From positions 26,908,001 through 26,972,000 of the forward strand of contig OZ296653.1 of NCBI GenBank assembly GCA_965655095.1: a stretch of DNA of 64,000 nt, written 5' to 3'. A model generated the notes under the pieces. It ran no database searches. It was not told the DNA's origin and saw nothing but the letters and a program-made list of their open reading frames with translations. The number at the start of each line of letters is the position of its first letter. Position 1 is the first letter of the stretch. Source of the stretch: Haplodiscus bocki. Its lineage: Eukaryota. Of this stretch, positions 10,101-25,098 are shown piece after piece. The translations under genes were made by a program, and so were the position numbers.

Positions 10101-13100
10101 TATAGTTTGTTCTCACTTGTTTTCCAATGCCTTCGTCCGGACACGTAGAATGCTGTTTTGTCAACCCTGTCGAAATGACTTTGTAGAAAGTCCAAAAACT
10201 TTTCGCTCAACGTCCAAAATTACTTGGAAAAGGATGATTTATCCGTCAGTGTTCCTTCCCTTTCGACTTCTGAAAAAGACATTGCACCAATAGAAAACTT
10301 GTTGGGAACACAGAAAGAGAAGCAGATCGTTGGAAGCGTTCAAAAAATCTCAAAAAAGTTCAAGTAAAAATATAACAACAAAAACTGGGATCACAGAAAC
10401 GAGTTGAAAATTTTGTTTTGATAATTTCAAAACCAGGTCGAATTTGCAGAAACTTTTTTCGTCCAAAGTCCGAATAATTTTCTAAAATTTTGAACACATA
10501 GTTTTTTCTCACTTGTTTTTCAAAACGTTCTTCCTGACACGTAGAATGCTGTTTTGACAACCCTGTCGAAATGATTTTTGTAGAAAGTCCAAAAACTTTT
10601 CGCTCAATGTCTAAAATTAATTGGAAAAGGATGATTTTTATCAAAAAAAGGTAATGCTCAAAAACTTCATCCGGACACCTTAGTGTTGGGAAAGACAAAG
10701 GGCATAAACGGACAAAAAAAGTCAAATAAGAAACTAATCTGCAAAATTTGCTCTATCTGCGAGGCCTTGGGTCCATAAAAAAGTAGTTCTAATGCCTAAA
10801 CTCCAAACAAACAAAACCAACGTCGGGCCGAGCCCAAAAACCATATTTGAAAACAATCGAACAAGTCTCATATCGCCGAAAACCAAAAGTGTTTTCTGAA
10901 AAATCCGTTCTTCCGCAAACTCGCATCAAAAAGTTGTTTATCACCTCTCAAGTTGACTGACCATTCAATGAACAAGTTCGGGCGAGCCCAACAGGGTATT
11001 TAAAAACAATCAAGCATTGGTTGTAAGAACGGAAAACCAAAGTAATTTCCGAAACCGGTGATCATTCGCATGGAGAGACGTTTTGTATCTCCGAAATCAC
11101 TCAACATGTAACGAACAATGTGAGCACGACCAGGTACCATATTCAAAAATAAGTCATGGTTCCTTTTGCTAAGATGTGAAGAAAACTACATGTTCTGAAT
11201 ATCTCGTTCCCTTGCAATTCACGTTTGAATTTTCCTTATTCCACCCAAAACTTGACCTGAAAATTTTGTTGACACCAAAAGCACATTTGAAAACAAATCA
11301 CCGTTCACTGGGCTTCACTGAAAAGAAAAATACTCTCTTAAAACGTCACTTGTTCGCAAAGTCAAACCGGAAAGTTGCTTTCACAACTCGAAGATCAGCT
11401 AACTGTAAATGAACAAAATTGGGAGATCTTTAAAACACATTTGATGAATATTAAACCTTCATTGAGTAATTCTGAAAATGATCAGGCATTCTGAGAGGAT
11501 AGTTTTCTTTGGAAATGTTGTTCTTTCGAAAAGCTACATAGAACCTGATACAATATAGTCCATGAATTCAATTTTTCACTGCAAATGTGATTGAGTCCCA
11601 ATTTCGAACTTGAAAACAAGTAGACGTTCGAGCAATGCTAAAAGCAAAACTTTTTTCTGCAAAGTCGTTCCTTTTGTAAAATTACAGCCAAAAAATTCTA
11701 CCATTACGCCTTTGACTTGACATCTGCTTAAATTGATTCGAGGGAGTCCAAAAACCAAATATGAAATCAAGCGTTTCTTGCCCAGCGTTTTGAACAAAAA
11801 ACAATTGCTACATTTGTCTTTCGTGCTCAAAGTCTGAGCGGAAGATGCTTTTGCAACCCAAACTAAACTAACAAGGAATAATCATTTGAAGAGCGACCAA
11901 AAAGTTTAATTGAAAACAGTTAAGGGTACGTTGGGCAATGCGGAGAACAAAATGGTGTGTTGAACTTTTTTTCGTAAATTAGCGTCAAAAAAACTTTTTG
12001 AAACGCCCGAATTTGACTGAATTGTGCTGTCAATCCTTGGGCGTTCTCAGAAATGAATTTCGAAAACAAAAAAGCTTTCTTCAATCAATGCTGAAAAAAC
12101 TACCTACAGAAAAAAAATGTCACTTCTCAAAAACGAATCGAAAAGTATATTTTCACTCGTTATCAACTAACATTTTGACAAAGGGTCTGGAGGAGCCCAA
12201 AGACCATTTACGAAAACAAGTAAACGTTCATCGAGCTAAACCAAACACAGAATTAATTTCTAAAAAGTCCCTCTTTTTTGAATTCAGTTCAAAAAAAACA
12301 CGTTTGACCGTTCCTGACTCAACTGAACATCTCATGCTCATAAATTGGAACCGCTTTTGAAAACAAATCAACTTTTATTGCCCGACACAAAAAGATAAAC
12401 TTAGTACAACTTTTGCGTCTCCAAAAAAATCGATTTTAATTCATCAAACTCAATATTCGATGTAGCAGTCCAAAAGAAGTTTTTGAAAGGAATTTAACGT
12501 TAGTTTCACAATGCTCAAAAGCGTAAAATTTCCTGAAAAAAAAACGTTCTTTCAAACAATCCGCATCTAGGAGGGTAGTTTACAAACCCAAAGTCAACTC
12601 AACGCTTTGCAATTGGGCGAGTGTAAAAACTCTACTTTAGATAAAATATTTCTTCGCCGCAGCAAGATCGAAAAAACAAATTCCGGCAGAAACCATTTTT
12701 TTCAGATTCTTTAGAAAAAGATCGTTGTCTGAAGAACTGCGCTTTTGAAAGATCACTACACAAAATGGGGTTTAGAAAGCCGGGCGACAAAGAATTCAAA
12801 TCAAAGTTTTTTTCAACTTCTTTTACAGTTGATTATGGTACATGAGCTAAGGAAAACAATTCATTTGCAGGGCTTGGTGAGATTGAAAGTCTTTTCCAAA
12901 AACTTTAACAGTTTGCTATTGCAAGAAACAGATCTTGTATTTTAATTTGGCACAACTCAGAGCAAGTCGTTAAACATCAAACCACACAAAAATGTAATTC
13001 TTAGGTACGTTGGTTCATTCCACCTACAAAAAAATACAATGATTATACTCTGCACTCTTTGTTTTAGTGAATTAGGGTCTTTTAACGCAAAATCAGGTTT

Positions 13101-16100
13101 CCCTCAATTGTGCTTCAAAACAATTTTGCGAAAATTACATTAGTCTTTTTTGTAAAAGAGGCCAGCCTTGTGTTTGGTTTGACGGATGTGGCACCAATTG
13201 CAGGCTTAGAGGGTAACAAAATGTTTTGTAAATTGAAAAAAATCAGGGAAAGTTTGAATAAGTTTTCTGCGTCGATAGGAAAAAAAGCTCGATGGAAACT
13301 TTTAGGCTGTGCGGCAAATGGATCCAATGACACAAAAATTGCGACTCCCTTTTGAAGCCGCTGAACTACAGCGCCTCGATTTGATGACCAATACATTTCC
13401 CTGGGCAACATCGAGTTTGACATCGTTTTACGTTTGTAGATTTGATCTTAAGTATTTTTTAGTACTCTGAGAAACTGAAAGCATCCCAATATCTTCATTT
13501 GAAGCGAGCTCGAAACAAATTGAGAGAAAAAACAAAAAAACTTCTTGACTTGGTGTTAGACAATCAACTTCCTGCAAACCAGTAGGCACCCACAAAGCAT
13601 GTAACTTGTTTGCAAACAGCATGATATCTTCGTGTCCGGTTCTTGTAAGTTTCCTAATAGTACAGCGTTTCTGCATTTTTACAAAATTGATCTTTCTGTA
13701 GTGACTCTGAAATTTTACGAATCCAATGTTCGTTTTTGGTCTGCTTATGAACGTGAGTGGAATGTTGAAACTGGCTTGAAATTAGAAAGGCAGTGTGGCA
13801 CAAACGCTAGAGCCAACAACAACTGTCCCATATTCCGTACAATTGTTGCTCTTTGTACCGATTTGGGTTCCTGTACCATTTGGAATTCCAAAACTTTTGA
13901 GAATTTTAACAATTTATCGTTCTGAAATCACTAACTTGGGCATAATTAACATCAAAAAAAGACGCAACCGGAAAGTCTCCATCGCATTTACATTAGGAGT
14001 ATCATCTTTAATTTCCGTAATCCAAGAAGCAAAGTTCCTAAAAGTGGAAACAACGATTATTGACAACCTTTGTTATCAAGCACACTTGGCAAACTTCAGG
14101 GGATAACTGTGACAAGCAGATCTAGCATCAGGATCCGGAGTCACAGAAGTAAAGCACGTAGCTCACTGAGGAAGAATGAACTGGGAAGTTTTGTATTCCA
14201 ACAGAAAAGTTTTTGGAACCATCGTTCAGGTTGACAAAACGCCTTCCAGGAGAATTTGGTTAGGGGAATACAGATCATGGAAAACATTTTTTCTCATAGG
14301 AGGAAAAACAGCCTGTAAGTAGATATTGATATTGTCAATTCCCACGCATGTCAGGTTTTCAAACGATCATCATGTTTCCTGAATTTGCTCAAGGCAGCCT
14401 GGTTGCCCAGACCGAAATCACAAATGGCAAAACGAGTTCTAGATCCCTCCATTTGGTGGAACGCGCAAAATGTTTTTGAAAACATTCAAAAACAAAGTGT
14501 TCATCCAAGAGAGCTGCAACCAAAATTATCTGCTTCTGATCGGCCGTTTTCTCACAAATTATGCGATAGTAAAAAAAATGATCATTGTCAAATCACGCAG
14601 AAGTTCATTTTTTTCTCTGGGCGCTTTAATACATTATAATTTTTGAAACCAGTCCTTCGCCAAAATCTTGAACAGTCCAACTTGTTGGCATTGCGAATTT
14701 AATCACTGAGATCCTGCAAGTATTCCTATTTTACTGGCCGGTTTTTCTTCATCATCGTGCTTTTCAATGGCACTATCTCTGTCCGTGGAGTGTTTTTCAC
14801 GAAGAAACGGAACTGGCAACTGTCTCTAATTTATCGACGATAGGAGCTCGTTTTGTTGTCTCCCAAAAAAATGCGGCTTGCGAACAGTTGAGTTCCACAA
14901 ACTGTCACTTTCAGAAAAACTAGGACTTTGCGTTCACTTTCAATTGTCCCACAGAAGCTGTGAAGCAACTGATACTGAATCTAAAGACAATCCCAGTCCT
15001 TTGCACTGATGGAACTACAAAACAGAACGGTATCAAACAGTTTTCGGTTAGAAGTTGAAACCTTTGTAAGATTTGGATGATCTGACATGTCAGGTGGCAA
15101 AGTCGTAGAGACAATGCATTTCTTCATCTGATTTACGCTTCGTTTTTTTCAAATCTGAAAGCGCTTTCTGAGGCAGTGACGTTGTTTTGAAGAATGACTG
15201 GCGCCACAATATTTTCTTGGGGTTAAGGAGACCGCCAAAAAACATACAAAATAGCACAAAAAAACAATGTCATTGCCTCAGAAACGAACGCAGTGGCGTT
15301 CAGAATTGAATATAACGAAACGTAGATCAAAACGAGGAATGCATTGTCTCTACGACGTTGCCACCTGACATATCAGATCATCAACAACTTACAAAATTTT
15401 CAACTTCGAATCAAAAACTGTTTGATACCGTTCTGTTTTGTAGTTCTATCAGTGCAAAGGACTGGGATTGTCTGTAGATTCAATATCAGTTGCTTCACAG
15501 CTTCTGTGGGACAATTGAAAGTGAACGCAAAGTCCTAGTTTTTCTGAACGTGACAATTGGTGGAACTCAACTGTTCGCAAGCCGCATTTTTTTGTGAGAC
15601 AACAAAACCATTTCCTATCGTCGATAAATTTGAGACAGTTGCTAGTTCCGTTTTTTCGTAAAAAACACTCCACGGACAGAGATAGTGCCATTAAAAAACA
15701 CGATGATGAAACAATACCGGCTAGTAGAATAGGAAAACCTGCACGAGCTTAGTGATTAAATTCCCTATGTCAACAAGTTGGACTGTTCAAGATTTTGGCG
15801 AAGGACTGGTTTAAAAAGTTATAATGTAATAAGGTGACCAGAGAAAAAAATGATTTTCTGCGTGATTTGACAATGATCATTTCTTTACTATCGCATATTT
15901 TGTGAGAAAACGGCCCATCAGAAGCAGATGATTTTGTTTGCAGCTCTTTTGGATGAACACTTTGTTTTTGAATGTTTTCAAAAACATTTTGCGCGTTCCA
16001 CCAAATGGAGGGATCTGGAATTCGTTTTGCCATTTGTGATTTTGGTCTGGGCAACAAGGCTGCCTTGAGGAAATTCAGGAAACATGATGATCGTTTGAAA

Positions 16101-18334
16101 ACCTGACATGCGTGGGAATTGACAATATCAATATCTACTTACAGGCTGTTTTTCCTCCTATGAGAAAAAATTTTTTCCATGATCTATATTCCCCTAACCA
16201 AATTCTCCTGGAAGGCGTTTTGTCAACCTGAACGATGGTTCCACAAACTTTTCTGTTGGAATACAAAACTTCCCAATTCATTCTTCCTCAGTGAGCTACG
16301 TGCTTTACTTCTGCGACTCCGGATCCTGATTTTGGATCTGCTTGTCACAGTTATCCCCTGGAATTTGCCAAATGTGCTTGATAACAAAGCCTGTCAACTA
16401 TCGTCGTTTTCACTTTTAGGAACTTTGTTTCTTGGATTACGGAAATTAAAGATGATACTCCTAATGTAAAAGCGATGGAGGCTTTCCGGTTGCGTCTTTT
16501 TTTGATGTTAATTATGTCCAATTTAGTGATTTCGGAATGAGAATTTGTTGAAATTCTCAAAAGTCTTGGAATTCTAAATGGTACAGGAACCCAAATTGGT
16601 ACAAAGAGCAACAATTGTATGGAATATGGGACAGTTGTTGTTGGCTCTAGCGTTTGTGCCACACTGCTTTTTTAATTTCAAGCCAGTTTCAACATTCCAC
16701 TCACGTTCATAATCAGACCAAAAACGAACATTGGTTTCCTAAAAGTTTCAGAGTCACTAAATAAGGATCAACTTTGTAAAAATACAGAAACGCTGCATTA
16801 ATTTTAAGCTGACGAGTATCAGAGATGATGATATCATGCTGTTTTCAAACCATTTTTTTGACTGCCTACTCGCTCTCAAAAAGGTGATTCTGTAGCGCCT
16901 AGTCTGGAACATAATGATTTAATCTCTCAATTTGTTCTGCGTGCGCGTAAAAAGAAGGTACTGGGTTGTTTTCTTATACTCAGAGTGGTAAAACAAAATT
17001 TCACGATCAAATCCGCCAATGCAAAATTTTTCGGACTCAATGTTTTCCAGGAAAGTGAATTGATCTTCAAATCACGACGACTTAGTTCAGCAGCTGGTAA
17101 AAGATGTCGCAACTAAATCGTCATATGGTTCATTCGCTGCACTGCTTAAAAGTTTTCATCGACCTTTGCCACCCAAGGAAATAGAGTACTTTTTGAAAGT
17201 TTTTTCAATGTTTTTCATTTTACAAATTTTTCTGTTACCTCTAAGCCTTCAATTGGCGCCCCATCAATCACAACAAAAACAACGCCGTCCTCTTTTACAA
17301 AAAAACTAATGTAATTTTTTACAAAAAATTTTGAAGCACCAGCGAGTGAAACAAGATTCTGCCTAGTACTTATAGGATTGCTATGTTTGATGCGCTGCAG
17401 GTCAGAGATTGGCAAAAACCGTCCCATACTATTTGTTAAAGGATCCTTTTGAGGCACTCGATAAAGCTTTCATCGCTTTTTGTCAACTGTAGAGTACTGT
17501 GCGTTTTTGAAAGTTTGAGAAGTTTTTTTTTACATTAAAAAGTAGCTTGTTTTTCCTCCAAACTGCAGTATCTTTTAAAGCAATGAGGTTTCCTAAGTTA
17601 GTATAGCAAAGAATGCAGCATTTTATCAATGCAAATCATTGTAGGTGGAATGAACTAACGTACCTAACAGTTATGTATCTGTGTGGTTTGATGTTCAAAG
17701 AATTGCCTTGAAGTGTGCAAATTCATAGTACAAGGTCTGTTTCCTACAATAGCAAGCTATCTACAAGTTTTAGAAATTACTAATAGGCTCACCAGGCCCT
17801 GCAATTGAAATGTTTTCAGTGGCTCGGGTAACATACTTAAAATTTGCTGACAAGAATCTGCCAGAACAGCAACTTTTTTAGTTTTCCGTCCCCCGGCATC
17901 ATGAACCTCATTTTGTGTAGTGATCTTTTAATAGCACATTTCTTCGGACAACGCTCTTTTCCAAAAGAAGCTGACAAAAACTGATTTTTTCCAGAAAATT
18001 GTTCTTTTGAGCTCGAGGTGACGAAGAAATAATTCATCGCCAATAGGTTTATTAAGCTTGCCCAATTGCAAATTGTTGGTTTGAGTTAAGATGTGTAAAC
18101 TATCTTCCTAGATGCGGATTGTTGGGAGAACAAATTTTTCGGAAAATTTTACGCTTTTGAGCATTGTGAAACTAAAGTTAAGTTCTATTCAAAAACATTT
18201 TTTGGACTTCTACAACAAATGTTGAGTTTAGAGATGTAACATCAGTTTTTTTATGCGGACGCAAATTTTGTCCTGAAAAAATCTTTTTGTGTCGGGCAAA
18301 AGAAGCTTATCTGTTTACAAAGGTGGTTCCAATT

Positions 18335-21300
18335 TATGGGCATCAGATGTTCAGTTGAGTCAGGAGAGGTCAAAACTTCTTCTTTGAACTGAATTCAAGA
18401 AAGATCGACTTTGTAAGAAATAATTCTGTGTTTGGCTGTGCCCGATGGACTTCTACTTGTTTTCGTGTAGGATCTTTTGGCTCCTCCAGACCCTTTGTCA
18501 AAACGCTAGTTGATGAGGGGTGAAAATATCTTTTCGATGTGTTTTTGCGGGGGAACATTTTCTTCAGTAGGTAGTTTTTTTCAGCATTGCTGGAAAAACG
18601 TCTTTTTTTGTTTTCAAAAGTTGTTTCTGAGAAAGCGCAAACTTTGGCAGCATGTGCTCAGTGGAGTTCAGATGAGTAAAAATGTCTTTTCAAAGCTAAT
18701 TTTGGAAAAAAAAGCTGCAACACACTCTTTTGTTCTCCGCAATGCCCACCGTAATTTTAACTGTTTTCAATTAACAAATTTAGGTTGCCCAAAAAAGTAA
18801 TTTTGATTGTTAGTTAAGTTTAGGGTGTAAAAAGATAGTCCTTTCAGACTTTGCGAAAGGGAGACAATTAAAGCAATTTTTTCGTTCAAAACAGTGGGCA
18901 ACAAACGCTTGGTTTCATATTTGGTTTTCGGACTCCCTCAAATCATTTTAGGCAGATGTCAAGTCAAAGGCGGAATGGTAAAACTTTGGGGTGTGGTTTT
19001 GAATAAGGAACGACTTTGCAGAAGAAATATTTGCTTTTAGCATTGCTCGAACGTCTACTTGTTTTCATGTTTGAAATTGGGACTCAATCACGTTTGCAGT
19101 CAAAAATTGAATTCATGGACTATATTGTATCGATTTCCATGTAGCTTTTTGAAAGAACAACATTTCCAAAGAAAACTATCCTCTCAGAATGCCTGATCAT
19201 TTTCGGAATTACTCAATGAAGGTTTAATTGTCATCAAATGTGTTTCAAAGGACGCCGAACTTTGTTCGTTTACGGTTAGCTGATCTCCGAGTTGTGAAAG
19301 AAACTTTCCGGTTCATTTTTGCGATCAAATGACGCTTTAAGAGAGAATTTTTCTTTTCAGTGAAGCCCAGTGAACGGTGATTTGTTTTCAAAGATGCTTT
19401 TGGTGTCGCCAAAACTTTCAGGTCAAGTTTTAGGTGGAATGAGGAAAATTCAAACGTCAATTTCAAAGGAACGACATATTCAGAAAGTGTAGTTTTCTTT
19501 ACATCCTAGGAAAATGAACCATCACTTATTTTTGAATCTGGTACCTGGTCGTGCTAATATTGTTCGTTACATGTTGAGTGATTTCGGAGATTTAAAACTT
19601 CTCTCGATGCGAAAGATCACCTGTTTCAGAAATTACTTTCGTTTGCCGTTCTTGCAACCAATGCTTGATTGTTTTTAAAGGCCCTTTTAGGCTCGTCTAA
19701 ACTTGTTAATTGAACGCTCAGTCAAGTTGAGAAGTGATAAACACCTTCTTGATACGAGTTCGTGGAAGAACGGAATTTTCAGAAACACTTTTGGTTTTCG
19801 GCGATATGAGACATATTCGATTGTTTTCAAATAAGGTTTTTTGGGCTCGGCCCCACGTTGGTTTTGTCTGTTTAGAGTCTAGGCATTAGAAGTACTTTCT
19901 TTATAGACCCAAGGCCTCGCAGAAAGAGCAATTTTTGCGGATTAGCATATTTGACTTTTTTTTGTCCATTTATACCCTTTGTTTTCCTATACTACTGTGT
20001 CCAGATGAACTTTTTGAGGAAAACTTTTTTTCATAAAAGGTATCAGTTTTCAAACAGTTTTGGACATTGAGCGAAAGTTGTTTGAGTTTTCTACAGAAAA
20101 CACTTCGAAAAATTTGTCAAAAATGCATTCTACGTGTCTGGAGGAACGTATTGGAAAACAACTGAGAACAAACTATGTGTTCAAGATTTTAGAAAACTAT
20201 TCGCACTTAGGACGAGAAAAGTTTCTGCAATTTTGAACCTTCTCCGTCAAAAACACCTATCTGTGAAAACCCCAAATAAATCTAACAAATCGCTAAGCAG
20301 CGTGTTCAAATCCTATCACAATCTATTTCCGTATACCTAAAACCAGAAAAAAAAACATTTTTATTTCAAACATTAAAATCAAGTCCGTCCTATGAGAGTC
20401 CTTTGAGCCACACCGGCGGTGACAATTTGGCTCTTCGCCGCTTGTTATCACGTGCAACGTGCCATTCAGTCTGATATGTTGCTGTGTAGTTACACTAGTA
20501 TCTCAGTACTCATACCCATACTGTTGATGCAGCGAAAACTCATGACTCATTTGTTTCAGGAAATTTGACGGATCTTCCGACTTTTGGCTTACAAACAACA
20601 TGCTGATTGGCCATGACTTGTACGCCCATTGGCTTTTGAAGTCTTTATGGGTATCAGATGTTCAGTTGAGTCAGGAAAAATCAAACCTTCTTTCTTGAAC
20701 TGAATTCAAGAAAGAGCGATTTTTTAAAAATTACTTCTGTGTTTGGTTTAGCTCGATGAACATTTACTTGTTTTCGTGTATGGTTTTGGTCTCCTCCACA
20801 CCTTTTGTCAGAACGTTAGTTGATAAGGAGTTAAAATATTTTTTCGTTGTGTTTTTGCGATGGAACGTTTTCTTCAGTTGGTAGTTATTTTCAGCCTTGC
20901 TTTAAAAACGTTTCCTTGTTTTCGAAAGTTGTTTCTGAGAAAGCGCAATCTTTGACAGCAAGTGCTTAGTCGAGTTCAGACGAGTAAAAATGTGTTTTCA
21001 AAGCTAATTTTGGAAAAAAAGCTCCAACACATTCTTTTGTTATCCGCAAAGCCCACCGTACTTTCAACTGTTTTCAATTAACAATTTTAGGTTGCCCCTA
21101 AAACGGTTATTGATTGTTAGTTAGGTTTGGGGTGTAAAAGGATCGACCACTCAGACTTTGTGAACGGAAGACAGTTTAGGCAATTTTTTTTCGTTCAAAA
21201 CAGTGGCCAACAAACGATTGCTTTCATGTTTGGTTTTCGGACGCCCTCAAATCATTTTAAGCAGATGTCAAGTCAAATGCGGAATGGTAAAACTTTTTGG

Positions 21301-24300
21301 GTGTAGTTTTGCATAAGTAACGATTTTGCAGAAAGTAAATTTGCCTTTAGAATTACCCGAACGTCTTTTTGTTTTCATGTTTGAAATTGGGACTCAATCA
21401 CATTTACAGTCAAAAATTGAATTCAAGGAATATATTGCATCGTGTTCTATGTAGCTTTTCGAAAGAACAACATTTCCCAATAAAACTTCTTTTCAGAATG
21501 CAACATTTTTTTCGGAATTACTCAAGGATGGTTTACTTGTCATCAAATGTGTTTTAATGATCGCCGAACTCTGTTCATTCACGGTTAGCTGATCTTCCAG
21601 TTGTGAAAGCAATTTTCCGGTTTGACTTTGCGAACAAATGACGTTTTAAGAGAGTATTTTTATCTTCAGTGATGCCCAGTGAACGGTGATTTGTTTTCAA
21701 ATGTGCTTTTAGTGTCGCCAATTCTTTTAGGTCCAGTTTTAGGTGGAAGAAGGAAAATTGAAACGTCAATTGCAAAGGAACTAGATATTCAGAACGTGTA
21801 GTTTTCTGTACATCCCAGCAAAAGGAACCATCAGTTATTTTTGAATATGGTACCTGGTCGTGCCCAAATTGTTCAATACATGTTGAGTGGTTTTGGAGAT
21901 ACAAAACTTCTCTCCATGCGAATGATCAACGGTTTCAGAAATTACTTTGGTTTTCCGTTCTTGCAACCAATGCTTGATTGTTTTTAAAGGCCCTGTTGGG
22001 CTCGCTCGAACATGTACATTGAATGGTCAGTCAACTTGAGAGGTGATAAACAACTTTTTGATGCGAGTTTGCGGAAGAACGTATTTTTCAGAAAACACTT
22101 TTGGTTTTCGGCGATATGATACATGTTCGATTGTTTTCAAATATGGTTTTTGGAGTCGGCCCCACGTTGGTTTTGTCTGTTTAGAGTTTAGGCATTGGAA
22201 CTACTTTCTTTATAGACCCAAGACCTCGCAGAAAGAGCAAATTTTGCAGATTAGTTTTGCATTTTTGACTTTTTCTCTCCTTTTATGCCCATTGTCCTTC
22301 CTATAATACTACGGTGTCCGCATGAACTTTTTGAGGAATAACTTTTTTTGATAAAAATTATCTTCTTCGAAATGTTTTAGAAATTGAGCGAAAAGTTTTG
22401 GTACTTTTTACAAAAATCATTTCGACAGGGTTGTCAAAACAGCATTCTACGTGTCCGGACGAACGTATTGGACAACAAGTGAGAACAAACTATGTGTTCA
22501 AAATTTTAGAAATTTATTCGGACTTTGGACGAAAAAATTTTCTGCAATTTTGAGCCTTTTCCATCAGAAGCTCCTATCTGCGAAAATCCTTTTTAGGTCT
22601 AACAAATTGGTAAGCATCGTGTTCGAATCCTATCACAATCTGTTTTCGTACACTTAAAACCAAAAAGAAAACATTTTTGTTTCAAACATTAAAATTAAGT
22701 CCGTCCTATGAGAGTCCTTTGAGCCACACCGGCGGTGACAATTTGGCTGTTCGCCGCTTGTTATCACGTATAACCTGCCATTTAGTGTGATATCTTGCTT
22801 TGTAGTTACACTAGGATCTCAGTACTTAATCCCATACTGTTGATGCAGCGAAAACTCATGACTCATTTGTTTCAGGAAATTTGACGGATCTTCCGACTTT
22901 TGGCTTACAAACAACATGCTGAAGAAAGAGCAATTTATTAAAAGTTCTTTGTTTGGATCAACTCGATGAACCTTTACTTGTTTTCGTGTATGGCTTTGGT
23001 CTCCTCCAGACCTTTTGTCAATACGTTAGTTGATAAGGAGTGAAAATATATTTTTCGATGTGTTTTTGCGAAGGAACATTTTCCTAAGTCGGTAATTTTG
23101 TTATTTTCATCAGCATTGCCTGGAAAACGTTTTCTTGTTTTGGAAAGTTGATTCCGAGAAAGCGCAAACTTTGACAGCATGTGCTCGGTTGAGTTCGTAC
23201 GAGTGAAAATATCTTTTGAAAGCTGATTTTGGAAAAAAACTTTAACACACTATTTTGTTCCCCGCAATGCCCACCGTACTTTTAACTGTTTTCAATCAAC
23301 TTTTTTAGGTTGCCCGTAAAATGGTTATTGATTGTTAGTTAAGTTTGGAGTGTAAAAGGATCGTCCCTTCAGACTTATTGAACGGAAGACAATTTAAGCT
23401 TTTTTTTCGTTCAAAATCGTGGGCAACCTTTTAAGCAGATGTCAAGTCAAATGAGGAATGGTAAAATTTTTTTGGTGTAATTTTGCATAAGGAACGACTT
23501 TGCAGAAAATACTTTTGCTTTTAGCATTGCTCCAACGTCTACTTGTTTTCATGTTAGAAATTGGAACTCAATCACCTTTGCAGTCAAAGATTGAATTCAT
23601 TGAATATATTGAATGGTGTTCTATGTAGCTTTCCGAAAGAACCACATTTCCGAAAAAAACTATCCTCTCAGAACGCATTATCATTTTCGGGAATTACTCA
23701 ACGAAAGTTTAATTGTCATCAAATGTGTTTTACAGATCGCCCAATTTTGTTCATTTACGGTCAGCTGATCTCCGAGTTGAAAAAGCAACTTTCCGGTTCG
23801 ATTTTGCTAGCAAATGACGTTTTAAGAGAGTATATTTTTTTCAGTGATGCCCAGTGAACGGTGATTTGTTTTCAAATGTGCTTTTGGTGTCGCAAAACGT
23901 TCAAGTCAAGTTTTAGGTGCAATGAGGAAAATTCATACGTCAATTGCAAGGGAACCAGATATTCAGAACGTGTAGTTTTCTTTACATCCATCACTTTTTT
24001 TTGAATATGGTACATGGTCGTGCTCATATTGTTCACTACATGTTGAGTGATTTCGGAGTTACAAAACTTTCTCGATGCGAATGATCACCGGTTTCAAAAA
24101 CTTTTTTGGTTTTCCGTTCTTGCAACCAGTGCTTGATTGTTTTTAAAGGCCCTGTTTGGCTCGCCCGAACCTGTTGAGTGAATGCTCAGTCAATTTGAGA
24201 GGTGATAAACACCTTTTTGATGAGAGTTTGCGGAGGAACGGAATTATCAGAAACACTTTTGGTTTTCAACGATATGAGACATGTTCTATTGTTTTCAAAT

Positions 24301-25098
24301 CTGGTTTTTGGGCTCGGCCCCACGTTGGTTTTGTTTGTTGAGAGTTAAACATTGGAACTACTTTTTTATGGACCCAAGGCCTCGCACAGAGAGAGCAAAT
24401 TTTGCAGATTAGTTTTGCACATTTGACCTTTTCTGTCCACTTATGCCCTTTGTCTTTCCTATAATACAAGGTGTCCGGATGAACTTTTTGAGGAATACCT
24501 TTTTTGATAAAAATAATCTTTTTCCGATTATTTTTGGACATCGAGCGAAAAAAGTTTGGACTTTCTACGAAAATAATTTCGGCAGGGTTGTCAAAACTGG
24601 ATTCTACCTGTCCGGAGGAACGTATTGGAAAACAACTGAGAACAAACTATGTGTTCAAGATTTTAGAAAACTAATCGCACTTAGGACGAGAAAAGTTTAT
24701 GCAATTTTGAACCTTCTCCGTCAAAAACTCCTATCTGTGAAAACCCCAATTAAATCTAACAAATCGGTAAGCAGCGTGTTCAAATCCTATCACAATCTAT
24801 TTTCGTATACTTAAACCAGAAAAAAAACATTTTTGTTTCAAACATTAAAATCAAGTCCGTCCTATGAGAGTCCTTTGAGCCACACCGGCGGTGACAATTT
24901 GGCTCTTCGCCGCTTGTTATCACGTACAACGTGCCATTTAGTCTGATATGTTGCTGTGTAGTTACACTAGGATCTCAGTACTCAATCCCATACTGTTGAT
25001 GCAGCGAAAACTCATGACTCATTTGTTTCAAGAAAATTGACGGAGCTTCCGACTTTTGGCTTACAAACAACATGCTGAACGTCCATGACTTGTACGTC
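18335..25098 (+). repeat. Three diverged tandem copies of a ~2.2-2.3-kb unit (~18335-20643, ~20644-22921, ~22922-25098)
   Basis: The block aagtccgtcctatgagagtcctttgagccacaccggcggtgacaatttgg...aaacaacatgctga recurs at ~20381, ~22697 and ~24853. A single inverted copy lies at ~9650-12345. Confidence 0.88.

Noticed and set aside
8990-25000. Dozens of 60-120-aa ORFs as host genes
   Set aside because: They are mirror or tandem copies within AT-rich repeats, mostly with non-ATG starts. Frames are not preserved between copies and I recognise no domains.
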